From a virus, in IMG/VR virus record IMGVR_UViG_3300026257_000002, positions 32,001 to 96,000 of that record: a stretch of DNA of 64,000 nucleotides. One strand, 5' to 3'. The notes below the pieces were generated by a model that saw only the letters and a list, made by a program, of their open reading frames with translations, was not told where the DNA came from and searched no databases. This document shows positions 36,728 to 48,600 of the stretch, piece after piece; the stretch's first letter is position 1; each line of letters starts with the position of its first letter. Made by a program: the position numbers and the translations under genes.

Positions 36728-39700
36728 TTATGCTTGTGATTCTTTCCAGGTAACCCTAGAAGAAACTGAATATGGATTTGAGATGCTTACATCAGTAGAG
36801 TCAACAATATTTGCGACGACTGTCAAGATGTCTGGACCGTTCGGGAATACTCCGTCACCACCCAATATTGCATTACCCAAGTCAGAAATCTCTGTTAGGT
36901 CATATTCAGTTCCCTGAGATTGACCGTTACCACTACCAGATGCTCTGAATGACAGAATAGTTGAACCACCAGCAACAACTTCATCAGATTCATGTTTGAG
37001 AAGTTGGCAGAGGGAAGGTTCTTGAACATTTTGATAAGCATCACTGCTTAATTGTGCATTAAGGAGCAAACTAATTTCAGTTTCGTGTGTGGTAAGAATA
37101 CCAACTGAATCAAGAGCTAATTGCATTCTGTTAATAATTTCTCTTTCTCCCAGAGCACCTGTGATCGAAGAATCGACTGAAGGAGCAAGTCTAATTGAAA
37201 TTAATGGGATATCCATAGGAATGACGTTATCAGTTCCAGATGGAGCACCAACACTAAATGTTTCTCCACTATTTACAGCTGGATTTCCTAGAGTAGAGTA
37301 GATTTGATTATAATAACCTCTTGGGAAATATTCGATGACCCCTTCTGTATATAAGATGTAAACGTAATGTGTACTTCCAGAGGTTCTTGTTCGAGGATGA
37401 GTTCGCTTACCATCTAGGAAATATCCATTTGCTACAGTAGTATTGTAAATAAGACTATTTGAAGGCAAATCATTGGCATAAGTACCAGCATCGAATGGGA
37501 TACGGATATAGTATCTTCTAGTATACCAGTTTATATATTCTTCAATAATGGCAGAGTTACCATTACTAGTTACATTAACAGAAGTAGCGTTTGTATACTT
37601 CTGGACGTTACCGGATGCTGTGAATAAGTATGCTTCGTCATCTTGATACATACCATCCATAATAACTGAAGTACCCCAATGGAACAGAGTTCCTGTGTAA
37701 GTGGGAGCATTACCATTTTCAATTTCGTAACGAGCAGGTAGGTTACCTGAACGGAAGTAAGATTCAGTATCGATGTTGTTGTGCTTGAACTCATGCATAT
37801 ACTTGACGTGACCATTCTGATCCTTAAATCCGAAGCGGATCTTACCAGCACCATACCAGGAGTAATCCATGTAGCACATCTGGATCTTAGAAATATCTAA
37901 GGTATATCCAGAAGGACCATCACCATCTGCCTTATCAATGTTCCAGTTGTTTTGAGCTACGCGAGTATCAACTGTTTTAGTACAAATGACATTTGAAGCA
38001 GTGACACCCCTATATGCAGGTTGAACAGTCAATTGACTGTTGCTAGTTACCTTAACAACTCTGTATGACATGCCCCTAATCACAATATGATCTTTGATAC
38101 TTAGTTCAGAAGTAAATTTGGTATCAGTGCCAGTAACAATATTACTTCCTTTATTAACTGAAACTCTTCCAGGAATTTGAAGAACTGAACTTCTTCTAAC
38201 ACAATTCAATGTAGACCCATTAAATTCATAGAAGAAACCATTTTGATTATCAAACATACCTGCGCGAACATCACATTCAGACCAGGCAAGAACTTGTACT
38301 TTAGGGAAACCACCAGAAGAACTATTGGTAGGTTCATTATCTAGAAGATACTTAAAGTTAAAATCATCAATAATATCACAGGCATATGAAGTATGATTAA
38401 AATGTGTTTCATCAGAATCAACAATTTTAACTGCGATATTTGTAGTTAAATTATGTGGTTTGGATGTTCTAATAACACCTTTGTGAATTTGGTTGAAAGT
38501 GACAACTTCGGAAGAAAGAGCACCAGTCAATGGTTTATCTATTGTAAATGTAGTTGCATTATCTACACTAATAACTCTAGTGCCAGCGGCAATACCATTA
38601 CCACTAATAGGCATTAAAGCGAGAATACCTGAAGTGTCGCTTACAGTTAGGGTTGTTTCACCTAGAGTGCCTGTAGCATTTTTTGTGGTCAAAGTTCCTT
38701 CAGTTGCATATGTAAGATCAAGAATCGGAATTAATGGGATGAAATTCATTGCATATGAAGTTTGGATACCTTTACCAGACTGATAGCGGAAATACTTACG
38801 TGTCTGTCTAGAAATTCTAGCGTTAGGTGACTTAGCAGTACCAATTTCCATACCACCATCGAACGGTCTATGGAGATAGAAACCATCAGGTCTTACATAA
38901 ATGTAAGAAGGAATTAGATAAACAGCTGAACTGTCAGTGAAATTAAAGTTTGAATCTACTAAAAGATTATCATCGTCAGTAATAGCAGTAATTGTTTTTT
39001 CGATTAATGTACCAGGAGAACTGGTAGCATCAACAACTTTAATTTTATCACCAACCTTGAAGAATCTTTGGAATGCAGCATTACTTCCAACAATTTTTCT
39101 TGATGCACTATTAACTTCGATTGTACCAGGACCGGATACTTCACCAGAAATATTACTGCTATAGAATTGTTGAGTTCCGCTTCCTGCAGACAATGTAATT
39201 CCATTATCAGATTGAGCATCACTCTCGCTAGCACAAACTCTGAAATTATTATTATCCATAATAGAAATCCAATAATCAGCACCGTCAGTTAGACCACCAA
39301 TAACAGAACCTCCAGCAGCATCATAAATTACTCTTGTTCCAGTTCCAAAATAGTGATTGTTAATTGTTATATGTGTTGAAGAAACATTCGCCGAAGCATC
39401 AAAACCTTTTGTTGATGGAGGAACTTTAAATGGAACTGTAACTTCCAATTCAGTATCACTAATGGCTTTGGTTGTCGTATAAGAACCATCAACTACACCA
39501 AAGTCAGCAGTTGTATTTTCAAAAGATTGAATTCCCGCACCCACTCCTGATAATGTAATCATACTACCACCTGCTGATGAGGCGAGAGTAAATCTATTAC
39601 CATTAATATTGGTAAGAAAATATGAAGATCCATTACTAAGACCAGTTATTTCAGTTCCAGTTGTCTCATACTTTAAGACTTCTCCACTAGTGAATTGATT

Positions 39701-42373
39701 ATCTGCAATATAAATTGAGTTTCTTAGTGGATTAGTTTTAGTAATAGAGAACGTTTGAGTTCCATTTGCACCTGCAAGTCTTATTGGAGAAGCCCCTGTG
39801 CTTGACTTGATCCTAAAGCGGTTGTCATCAATTTTATCGATATACCATGTTCCAGAAGTAGTACTAGTGTTATTACCATAAACATCATTATAGTAATAAA
39901 TGGCCCCAGTACTTGTTAATGTAACCGCATCATTATTATCCAGCCCATGTGCCGCTGAATAGAAACTATCGTTGGTGGATGTATTTCTCTTAAGAAGAGC
40001 AACGTATACGTTAGTATTGCCATCGCTGCCGATGCCATTAAAGTAATGATCTATTGAACTGTAATGATAACCTTGAAGATACCAGAAGTAATACTCACCA
40101 CCATAAATATTAAAGTATTTACTACTATCAATGTTCGCGCAATAGAAACTTGTTGTCCACATAGTCTTAGAACCACCAGCACCACCAAGACCACCTACAG
40201 TATAACTATAACTATAATCACCATTATTGTCACCGTTTACACCATAATTCTCATGATCGGTCAAGAAATCATATGTTCCTTGCCATTGTGCAGTAGTTCC
40301 TAAGGGGAGACTTTGATGATGATATCCGTAGGTTTTCCAAGCCGTGCCGAAAGCAAACTTCCACGCATAATTATAATAGAATTCTTGAGCACTACCAGTT
40401 ACTCCATTGTTGTTACTGCGATTAGTGGAGAAACATGCTGTAATCTCCCATGACTGGGCACCTAGTCCATAAGTGGTATTAACATTTTGCAGGTCATATC
40501 CAGAATATGTTCCACCAAAGTTCCAACCATATGTATACCATCGGCAGTAGTATTCACCATAAGCCTTGTATTCACGGTAAATATTATAAACAAGACCTAA
40601 GTTATGATTACCATAGGTAAATGTTCCGCCAGATTGAAGGTTGCAATTATAGTTTAATCTTTGTGATTCATTAAGTTTAATCGTGTTAGCATCAATTACT
40701 TCAACATAATAAACCTGCATTCTATCCAGTCCAACAACTGGAGTATTACCAGGATTGGGGTAATAAAGCATTGCATAACTATTCTGAAGTCCATGACCAG
40801 TTATGGTAATAGTATCATTGCCATAGTCAATGTCAGATTCGTCAAATCTTAATGTATATGTTGTTTCATAGTTATATGGTACGGTCTGTGCAGGATCTGC
40901 CTGAGGAGATTGCACCGACTGGGCAACAATATCAACGTAAAGCTGACCATCGGGCGCAGTTGCTGTAGGATCAACAACATCAAGAATTTTTGGTGATACT
41001 GTGTTTACAAAATAGAAGTTTGTGTTATCAGCGAATCCATGTTCTGCCGCAGTTGTCAGAAGAATTATACTTTGTGTAGCGTGGGTGATATCTAATTCAC
41101 CATCACCACCCATTGAAGCATGATTTGCACAGTAATAATATAACGTAGTTGCTGCTGGTTGTGTATTTGTAATATAAATTCTTACATAAGCACCAGATGT
41201 TCCTTCTGTTCCTGAACGATATACATATGTGTCATAAGCAGATCCACCACCATGAGTACCATCGGCAGTAGTAGAAAATGTAAATGGGTGATTAGTATTA
41301 GAGCTATCCGAAACATCAAATACATAAACTGCTTTTCTTGATATATCAAGAACTGGTGTCAACAAATCATCAATGAAATACTTATTGCTACCCCCTGATA
41401 CTCCACCTGTGTCAACGGTATAAGTGCCATCAGCACCAATAATTGTTAATGTATCGGCGTCAGCAAATACTGAACCTACTATATCAGTAATTGTAATCTG
41501 ATTTCCAGAAACTGCAACGATCTTAGCAGTGTCAGATCCATTACTAACAGATGCATCAACAAGAACATCAGCAGCTAGTGTAGTGGTTAAGGTAATTACA
41601 TTGACGCTTTTGACTTTTACTACTTTTTGATAAAAGTCAGCTGTAATCCCTCTGGTTGGAGAAAGATTAATCTGCGAACCTTGAAAGAACTTACCTGGGA
41701 TAATTGAGGTATAAGTACCTTCAAGACTAGCGGTTACTGGTTGTGCCGATCTTGCCTTATATGAGAAAGTAGTAGTGCTAGGAATTGATTGAATTAAATA
41801 AGCACCTTCTGCAGTAAGAGATGATAGTCCAGTTACTGTAATAGGAACACCAACCTGTAAGTTGTGATCATACTGTGTCGTTACAGTAATAATTTCACTT
41901 CCAGTAACTGATTCTACTGATACAATATATGGAATTGTTGTATCAGCAGTAGATGCATAGAACGAAGGAATATTATTAATAGTCTGGAGAGTTTCCCACT
42001 TAGAAGACTGAGGACCATATTCAAAGTCAGTATCAATTAAGTTTTCTGGACTAGATACTCTAAACTTAGAAACAGGGTCAACAAATGTTTCAGATGGTTC
42101 AATATTTACATAATCTTGTTCGTAGAAAATTTGTAATTCATCATTAGATGACATAGCATTACAACTGTATGTCAATACAAATGTAGTTTCATCAGTTGCT
42201 CCATCATAAGTTCTGGATTCCAATCCTAAACCTGAGTCCGAAAATGTATAGATCGATTCATTTTCAGTTACATTGGTGATTAAAAGTAATCTTTTTGCTG
42301 AGATATTACCTTTGACTATAACAGTATTACTACTGGGTATGAAAGTGTAATAATGTACTAAATGTTTTGCCAT
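36728..42373 (-). CDS. Large virion structural protein (1881 aa, multi-module)
   Basis: SKFRVSSPENLIDTDFEY and QTRKYFRYQSGKG conserved blocks, repeated HG-type beta modules, cupredoxin-like LYYYCANH module. Confidence 0.8.
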   Translation of the reverse strand: MAKHLVHYYTFIPSSNTVIVKGNISAKRLLLITNVTENESIYTFSDSGLGLESRTYDGATDETTFVLTYSCNAMSSNDELQIFYEQDYVNIEPSETFVDPVSKFRVSSPENLIDTDFEYGPQSSKWETLQTINNIPSFYASTADTTIPYIVSVESVTGSEIITVTTQYDHNLQVGVPITVTGLSSLTAEGAYLIQSIPSTTTFSYKARSAQPVTASLEGTYTSIIPGKFFQGSQINLSPTRGITADFYQKVVKVKSVNVITLTTTLAADVLVDASVSNGSDTAKIVAVSGNQITITDIVGSVFADADTLTIIGADGTYTVDTGGVSGGSNKYFIDDLLTPVLDISRKAVYVFDVSDSSNTNHPFTFSTTADGTHGGGSAYDTYVYRSGTEGTSGAYVRIYITNTQPAATTLYYYCANHASMGGDGELDITHATQSIILLTTAAEHGFADNTNFYFVNTVSPKILDVVDPTATAPDGQLYVDIVAQSVQSPQADPAQTVPYNYETTYTLRFDESDIDYGNDTITITGHGLQNSYAMLYYPNPGNTPVVGLDRMQVYYVEVIDANTIKLNESQRLNYNCNLQSGGTFTYGNHNLGLVYNIYREYKAYGEYYCRWYTYGWNFGGTYSGYDLQNVNTTYGLGAQSWEITACFSTNRSNNNGVTGSAQEFYYNYAWKFAFGTAWKTYGYHHQSLPLGTTAQWQGTYDFLTDHENYGVNGDNNGDYSYSYTVGGLGGAGGSKTMWTTSFYCANIDSSKYFNIYGGEYYFWYLQGYHYSSIDHYFNGIGSDGNTNVYVALLKRNTSTNDSFYSAAHGLDNNDAVTLTSTGAIYYYNDVYGNNTSTTSGTWYIDKIDDNRFRIKSSTGASPIRLAGANGTQTFSITKTNPLRNSIYIADNQFTSGEVLKYETTGTEITGLSNGSSYFLTNINGNRFTLASSAGGSMITLSGVGAGIQSFENTTADFGVVDGSYTTTKAISDTELEVTVPFKVPPSTKGFDASANVSSTHITINNHYFGTGTRVIYDAAGGSVIGGLTDGADYWISIMDNNNFRVCASESDAQSDNGITLSAGSGTQQFYSSNISGEVSGPGTIEVNSASRKIVGSNAAFQRFFKVGDKIKVVDATSSPGTLIEKTITAITDDDNLLVDSNFNFTDSSAVYLIPSYIYVRPDGFYLHRPFDGGMEIGTAKSPNARISRQTRKYFRYQSGKGIQTSYAMNFIPLIPILDLTYATEGTLTTKNATGTLGETTLTVSDTSGILALMPISGNGIAAGTRVISVDNATTFTIDKPLTGALSSEVVTFNQIHKGVIRTSKPHNLTTNIAVKIVDSDETHFNHTSYACDIIDDFNFKYLLDNEPTNSSSGGFPKVQVLAWSECDVRAGMFDNQNGFFYEFNGSTLNCVRRSSVLQIPGRVSVNKGSNIVTGTDTKFTSELSIKDHIVIRGMSYRVVKVTSNSQLTVQPAYRGVTASNVICTKTVDTRVAQNNWNIDKADGDGPSGYTLDISKIQMCYMDYSWYGAGKIRFGFKDQNGHVKYMHEFKHNNIDTESYFRSGNLPARYEIENGNAPTYTGTLFHWGTSVIMDGMYQDDEAYLFTASGNVQKYTNATSVNVTSNGNSAIIEEYINWYTRRYYIRIPFDAGTYANDLPSNSLIYNTTVANGYFLDGKRTHPRTRTSGSTHYVYILYTEGVIEYFPRGYYNQIYSTLGNPAVNSGETFSVGAPSGTDNVIPMDIPLISIRLAPSVDSSITGALGEREIINRMQLALDSVGILTTHETEISLLLNAQLSSDAYQNVQEPSLCQLLKHESDEVVAGGSTILSFRASGSGNGQSQGTEYDLTEISDLGNAILGGDGVFPNGPDILTVVANIVDSTDVSISNPYSVSSRVTWKESQA

Positions 42374-42417
42374 TTGTTAATTCCTTACTGTTATATAATG
42401 GTTTACTTGATAAGACA

Positions 42418-42606
42418 TCACGCGCCTAAAGCTATTGCCATAGCAGCAACACTTCGTTGGGTTGCTAATTGATAACCGCCTGCCCGCACTCCATCATGTA
42501 CCACTGCAGTCTTCTTATCAGTGTCAACCGTAATTTCCCCTTCTGCACCAGTAAAAGTTAGGTGTTGTGAGCTGGTTCCTCTTCGGAATTGGACTTGTGT
42601 AGTCAT
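42418..42606 (-). CDS. 62-aa stand-alone Mtd-N-like domain protein
   Basis: QVQFRRGT...FTGAEGEITVDTDKKTAVVHDG...GG, C-terminal AMAIALG; TATAAATA at 42637-42644. Confidence 0.75.
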   Translation of the reverse strand: MTTQVQFRRGTSSQHLTFTGAEGEITVDTDKKTAVVHDGVRAGGYQLATQRSVAAMAIALGA

Positions 42607-42651
42607 TGAAAAGTAATCCGTATCTTTTTCTTCTATTATTTATAAGAATAA

Positions 42652-45600
42652 TTATATTATCGTGCTGAATATTCTTATAGGACTAAAGAGTTTTAAAACA
42701 TTTACAGATGTTCCAGTCAGAACAAACTTCGCTGTTCCTGGTTGGGTAATTCTTGTAACACTTCCTGGATTGTTACCAACAACGGTGAATAGATTAATAG
42801 ATACTGGTGTTTCAATATCAATTGCTCTTGCTTCAGCAGCACCATTGAATGTTGAGAACGTGCCCGTTCCGAGGTAACCATATGTCCGTCTAGCAATTGC
42901 TTTGCCACTAGTTGATACATATGCGAATACTGTCTCACTACGAGTATTCTTAATATCAGATGCTTCACCTGAAATTGTTGCACTTCCAGCAGCATCATAA
43001 TTTCCTTCAGTAAAGCTTTCTGCTGCACTTCCACTTGGTTTGAAGAGGACAGTACTTTCAGAAGCAATTGTTCTGGATTCTGCAGCACCATTGAATGTTG
43101 AGAGTGTTCCTGATCCAACAAATGAAATTGCCGCAACAGGGATAGCATTACCACTAACGAATATAGATTCAGAACCAGCAAAACCTCTTGCTCTAGTAAC
43201 AACACCACGTCCTTCGACATTATAAAGAAGTGTATTTTGTGGAAGATTGGTTGTAGTAGATTCAGTAGCACCAGCAATTCCAAAGAGTGAACCTTTACCA
43301 CTGTAAGTTCTGGTTGATACTACACCACCATCACCATAAACAAATGTTTCTCCTCCATCAGGAGTAAAGGATCTAGTTCTAATTCCAACAGCAGAACCAG
43401 TAATCTCAAACAGACCAGTTTCAAGATCAGGTGAAATAACACTTGCTTCTGATGCTCCATCAATACCAAATAGTGATCCTGAACCAACAAAAGATCTATC
43501 TCTAACAATATTGGCATCACCAATAAAGTTGAATAAACCAGTAGATTCTTCATCTACTGTTACCGCTTCAGCAGCACCATTAAATCCAAATAGCGAACCT
43601 TCGCTAGAATAAGGTCTTGCGAATGCTTCATCCAGATTATCGCTGATAGTAACATTACCTTCAGCAGGAGCAGATCTGACGAATGCATTTGCTTCTCCAC
43701 CAGAAGCCTTGAATAGGACAGTGCTTTCTGCTTCGGAAATTGCTGTAATTTCTGCTGCGCTTCCTGCATTGAAGAGTGAACCTTCCCCTTGATATGCATT
43801 TGTAAGTGTTTCTTCAACAGTTCCAGAAACAGTATTTAATCCAGAACCTTCATATATGCGAGCAAAATTCTCTGATCCTGAACCAGATGGGATGAATAGA
43901 ACTGTGCTTTCTGGTGCAAGAATTGTTCTTGCTTCTGCTGCAGATCCGAAACCAAATAGTGATCCAGAACCAATATGTAACAGCGAGAACAGAATAATTG
44001 GACTTCCACTTGCCTTGAATAAAACTGTATCTGTTAATGGATTGAACCCACGAACTTCACTGGATCCATTAGTAGTAAATAATGTTCCAGAACCATGATA
44101 ATTAAGAGTGATCTTGAGATCTGGAGTGCCATCATATTTAAAGCATTCAACTTCAGGATTAGTGAAGATGTTAAATCTAAGTTGAAGTTCAGGAGTACCG
44201 GAAAGTCTAGGTGAACCATCAGGACGTGATGTCCATGCCGGATTCCATTTAGAAGCAGCAGTGCCAGAAGCAGTATAAAGAACTGTGTCTGTTAGTGGAT
44301 TATAACCAGCTACTTCTGTAGCACTATTGAATGTGAATAGTGAACCAGAAGTTCCTGGATCTCTATCATCACCATAATATCCATAAACATTAACTTTTTT
44401 ATTTACAGATATACCAGCAACTGTTGCTGATCCACCAATTTTGCCATATACAGAGTTAACATAACGTGGTGATGGTCTATACTGTGTCCACTCAAATCCT
44501 TCATTAGGAGTTTTGAGTTTAAGCGTTCCACCTCCAGAAAGATAGTTGCTGAGAATATCATCAACTCCACCCAATCCAGAAAGCTTAATCTCACCATAAG
44601 ATCTCCACCATGGACGGAATCTTATATGAGAGTTAGGAGCGAGAGGTGTGTCCTCTGGATATTTAATAAGTCCAGATCCAACATAATTCTCAATATGTTT
44701 CTCGACTGCGCCACCACGCATTCTGAGAAGGAAGGTTTCTTCAGGTGTTTGCCAGACTAGCGACTCTACATGTCCGCTAGCGGAGAAGAGATTACCAGTA
44801 CCAACATAATTTACTATGCTCGCTGGCAGCTCTGCAGCACCAGAAATTCTGAACAGTCCAAATGGATTCCTATCACCAGGGACTGTGAAGACAAAACCGT
44901 GATCAGTATTTGGTGGAAGATAATCAGAACTGATAGAACCATTATCAGCAGAAGATGTTACTGGATCTGAAATAGATCCATTGTCTTCTGATTCATAACC
45001 ACCAATAACAGATGAGGTATTATAGGAGAATACTGCCTTCTCAATTCTATCTCCAATATGGAACAGTGATCCAGAACCAGTGTAAAGTCCCTTACTGAAA
45101 CTTTCTGCTCCACTACCAGTAAGTTTTCCTTGCTCGTAAGGACGTGATCTCCAATGTGGACGGAAGGTAAAGTCGGCAGGATCTTGCTGTTCATTGAAGA
45201 TCCTAATGCAACCTTCTTTGGAACTATAAGGTCCACGAATGAAGAATGTTTCAGCAGCACCTTGGAAACTAAACAATCCAACATAAGGTTGTGTAGTTTC
45301 TATAATTACTAATTGACCGTTATCAAATTCACCTTCAGTAACTACATCAGTTACAGCACCATAATCAATATTAGTAGACGATGCTGATGTAATAGAACCA
45401 TAGTCTCCACCTGGAGTGAATTCAACTACTGATGATTCATTATAATCATATGTCGCACTTTCAAGTTTGTCTCCAATATGGAACAGTGATCCAGAACCAA
45501 TAAATGGTCTAGACTGAGCATATGTATTGAATTCTCCGCCAAGACCGTTTCTGAGTTTTGGAGGATTAGTGGTAGTAGTATCAGTTCTCCAATGTGGACG

Positions 45601-48600
45601 GAATCTGAAGTCAGCAGGATCTTGCTGTTCGTTGAAGATCCTAATTGCAGGACTCAAACGGTTCCAATTGAATGTTGGGAAGAATTCTTCGGATGCTGAT
45701 CCACCAATTTCAAATAATTTTCCAAGTGGATTAAGATCTACTAAGATAGATCCATAATTAATATTAGGATCATAATTTTCACCTACAGAACCATAGTCTG
45801 GGTCTGTCTGTAGTTCAATAGACCTTATACCAAAGTTATCCCATGCATAAATTTGACCTTGTGATGCTGTAGGCTGATAAATTCTAACAGGGAAGTTTGC
45901 TGTTCTTGCAACTTCAGGAATATTAATATCAACAGTATTCAAACTGTCGAATTCTGTATCGTTTTGAGCAACAAGAATTGAGGGGAGATAAGTATCAAAT
46001 TGAATGTATAAATCTTCACCAGAATCAGGTGAATCACCACCATTACTACCATTACCTCTAATAGCAGAAATCCTAATTCTTTTTACACCTTCAAGATTGA
46101 GGGATAAAGATACTTCTCTTAAAGATAAACTATTGTAATTTTCTGCATTTATATCACCAATACGAATATGAGACCCGATATCAAATCCACCATCAGAACC
46201 AGTACCAGTTCCACTATCTACCCAATAAGCACAATTTGTTAATGTATTGCTAGGATCATTGTTAATATCTGCAGCACTAACAGTAGTAGCGGTGGCATAT
46301 TCTGTAACACTATCTGCAATTAATCCATTATCAAATTCTCCATAAGTTGTGATAGAAGAACTATTATAGGCATATACTGCCTTCTCAATTCTATCTCCAA
46401 TATGGAACAGTGATCCAGAACCAATGAAAGGTCTGCTGAAACTATCAGTATCTCCACCAGAAGTATTGAAGAGAACTGTTGATTCACCAGCCTGAGAAGT
46501 GAACTGGAGATTACTATATCCACCGGCAATTCTAATCTCAGCAGTAGCACCTAGATATGCTCTTGGATTTGCATGTGCTCTATCTCCACCAGTAACTTCA
46601 AATAGTCTTCCAAATGGATACGTGGTATATGGTATTCTTACCTGACCGTAATTTATTTCCCCAGCAGAAAGTTGAGTAACCTGACCGTAATCAGATGTGG
46701 ATCCAGAGGAGGATAGTGATCCATTATCAATAGGATCTTGTACTACCCCAATAGAACTATCGTTGTAATCAAATATTGCTCTCTCATCATTCTGACCAGA
46801 AGTGAATAATGAACCAGTTGTACTATAGTTTCCTACAATATGTTGCTCAGACATTGTGCCTGATAATGTAAGAACACCAGAACCATTTACAACATAAACT
46901 TGCGGTGTTGGTTCTACAAACTGAACTGATGCATCACCACGAAGGAAAACAGTATCAGTTTTAAGATTGGGAGTTACAACATTGAAATTAGCTGTATCCA
47001 GTGTAGGAACAAATAGAATAGATCTTAAGCCAATATTATCAAAGGTACTTAATCCATATTGACTTAACTTAAATTCTTGTCCGGCATTTCTAGCTTCTGG
47101 TGGTATAGTAGAGAATACTTTCTTCCACTCATCGAATTCGTCAGTGTCTGTAATTACTTCAATAGGACGATAAGTATTTGCATCGTTCCAATAGAAAAGG
47201 AGGTCATCAGTACCTTCTGGACTATTTCCTCCATTAGATCCATTGCCAGTAATAAGATCAAATATAAATTCATCCAATTCTGAAGCATTAACTGTCCAAC
47301 ATAACTCTCTGTAATATTCCCCACCGCTAGTAGTACCGAATCTAAAATGCTTAGTGCCTGCACCTGAATCAAATGCACCAACGCCCGTGCCAGCTCCAGA
47401 GTTTTCAATTGAAACACCACTTAAAGTTGCGCTATAATTAGATACTAATTCGTCTGGAAGAACTGTAACAAATCCTGAATTTGTATCAGCATTTCTTAAT
47501 GCTACTTGTTTTATGCCATATTCATCATCCGAGAAATATAATCGAACACTGAAGTGAACACCAGAAACTCTGAATTCACTTGGAACTGTGACAGTTCTTT
47601 CGCTAACACCATCAGTTGCTACTTCCAGACCAGACCAGTTTGCTGGAATAGAATCTTCATTTTGTTCGGCAGGGAATAATACATCATTTACTGTAGTTAA
47701 TCCTGTCTTAGTAAAGTAATATTCTAAACTATCTGGACTGATTGATCCTTCATTTCCACCGTTACTATCATTACCTCTGATACCAGAAACAGTTATATGA
47801 GTTACATCAGTGAGATCAAGGTACCATGACATCTGGTTGATGCCATCGTTACCATCAATTTCATAATGGGGTCCAATATTAAATCCATTCCATGAATTAG
47901 TGCCAATTCCACCAGTTCTAATCCAAATACCAGATACATAATAGTAATCACTTGTTATATCTACATCAGGACCAACGTCTTCAAAAGCATATGATGATAC
48001 ATAAGATGCAGTATAATTATCTGTTTGTCTTACTGTAGCAGAACCATTAACTTTGATTGCTCCGAACTTAGTAAAACTGGGATAGAATGAACCGTAACTT
48101 AATTCACCACCAGATGGAGGACTGATAATTTGTCCATAATTTTCTGTAGTTCCAGCAGATTGATTAATTGTTTGATAATCATCTGTCTGAAGAGACTGAT
48201 AATAGTCTGATCCTACAGTATGATGTAGTTCAATAGACTTTATACCATAGTTATCATATGCATGAGTTGAATCTTGTGTGTAGTATGCTTGAAAAATTCT
48301 AACATAAGAATTTGGTACTCTTTCCGATATAGGAACATCAACATCAACAGTATTCAAACTATCAAAGTCCGAATCCACACCCCAAGCTGGATCAGGAACA
48401 ATAATGGTACCATTGCTGCCCTGATATCCAGGTCCATTCAGGTCAGCACCAAACATAAAGTATAAATGTTCGTTCGCTGGAGTGGATCCACCATATGAAC
48501 TACCACCATTACTGCCATTACCTCTAATAGCAGAAATCGTAATTTTTTCTACGCCTACAAGATTAAGAGAGAATTCTAGTTCTCTTCCGGTAAGAGGATA

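Noticed and set aside
42373-42420. Stop-codon read-through fusing the 62-aa ORF to the 1881-aa ORF
   Set aside because: The spacer is 44 nt, so the two ORFs are out of frame; the downstream gene has its own SD-like AAGGA.
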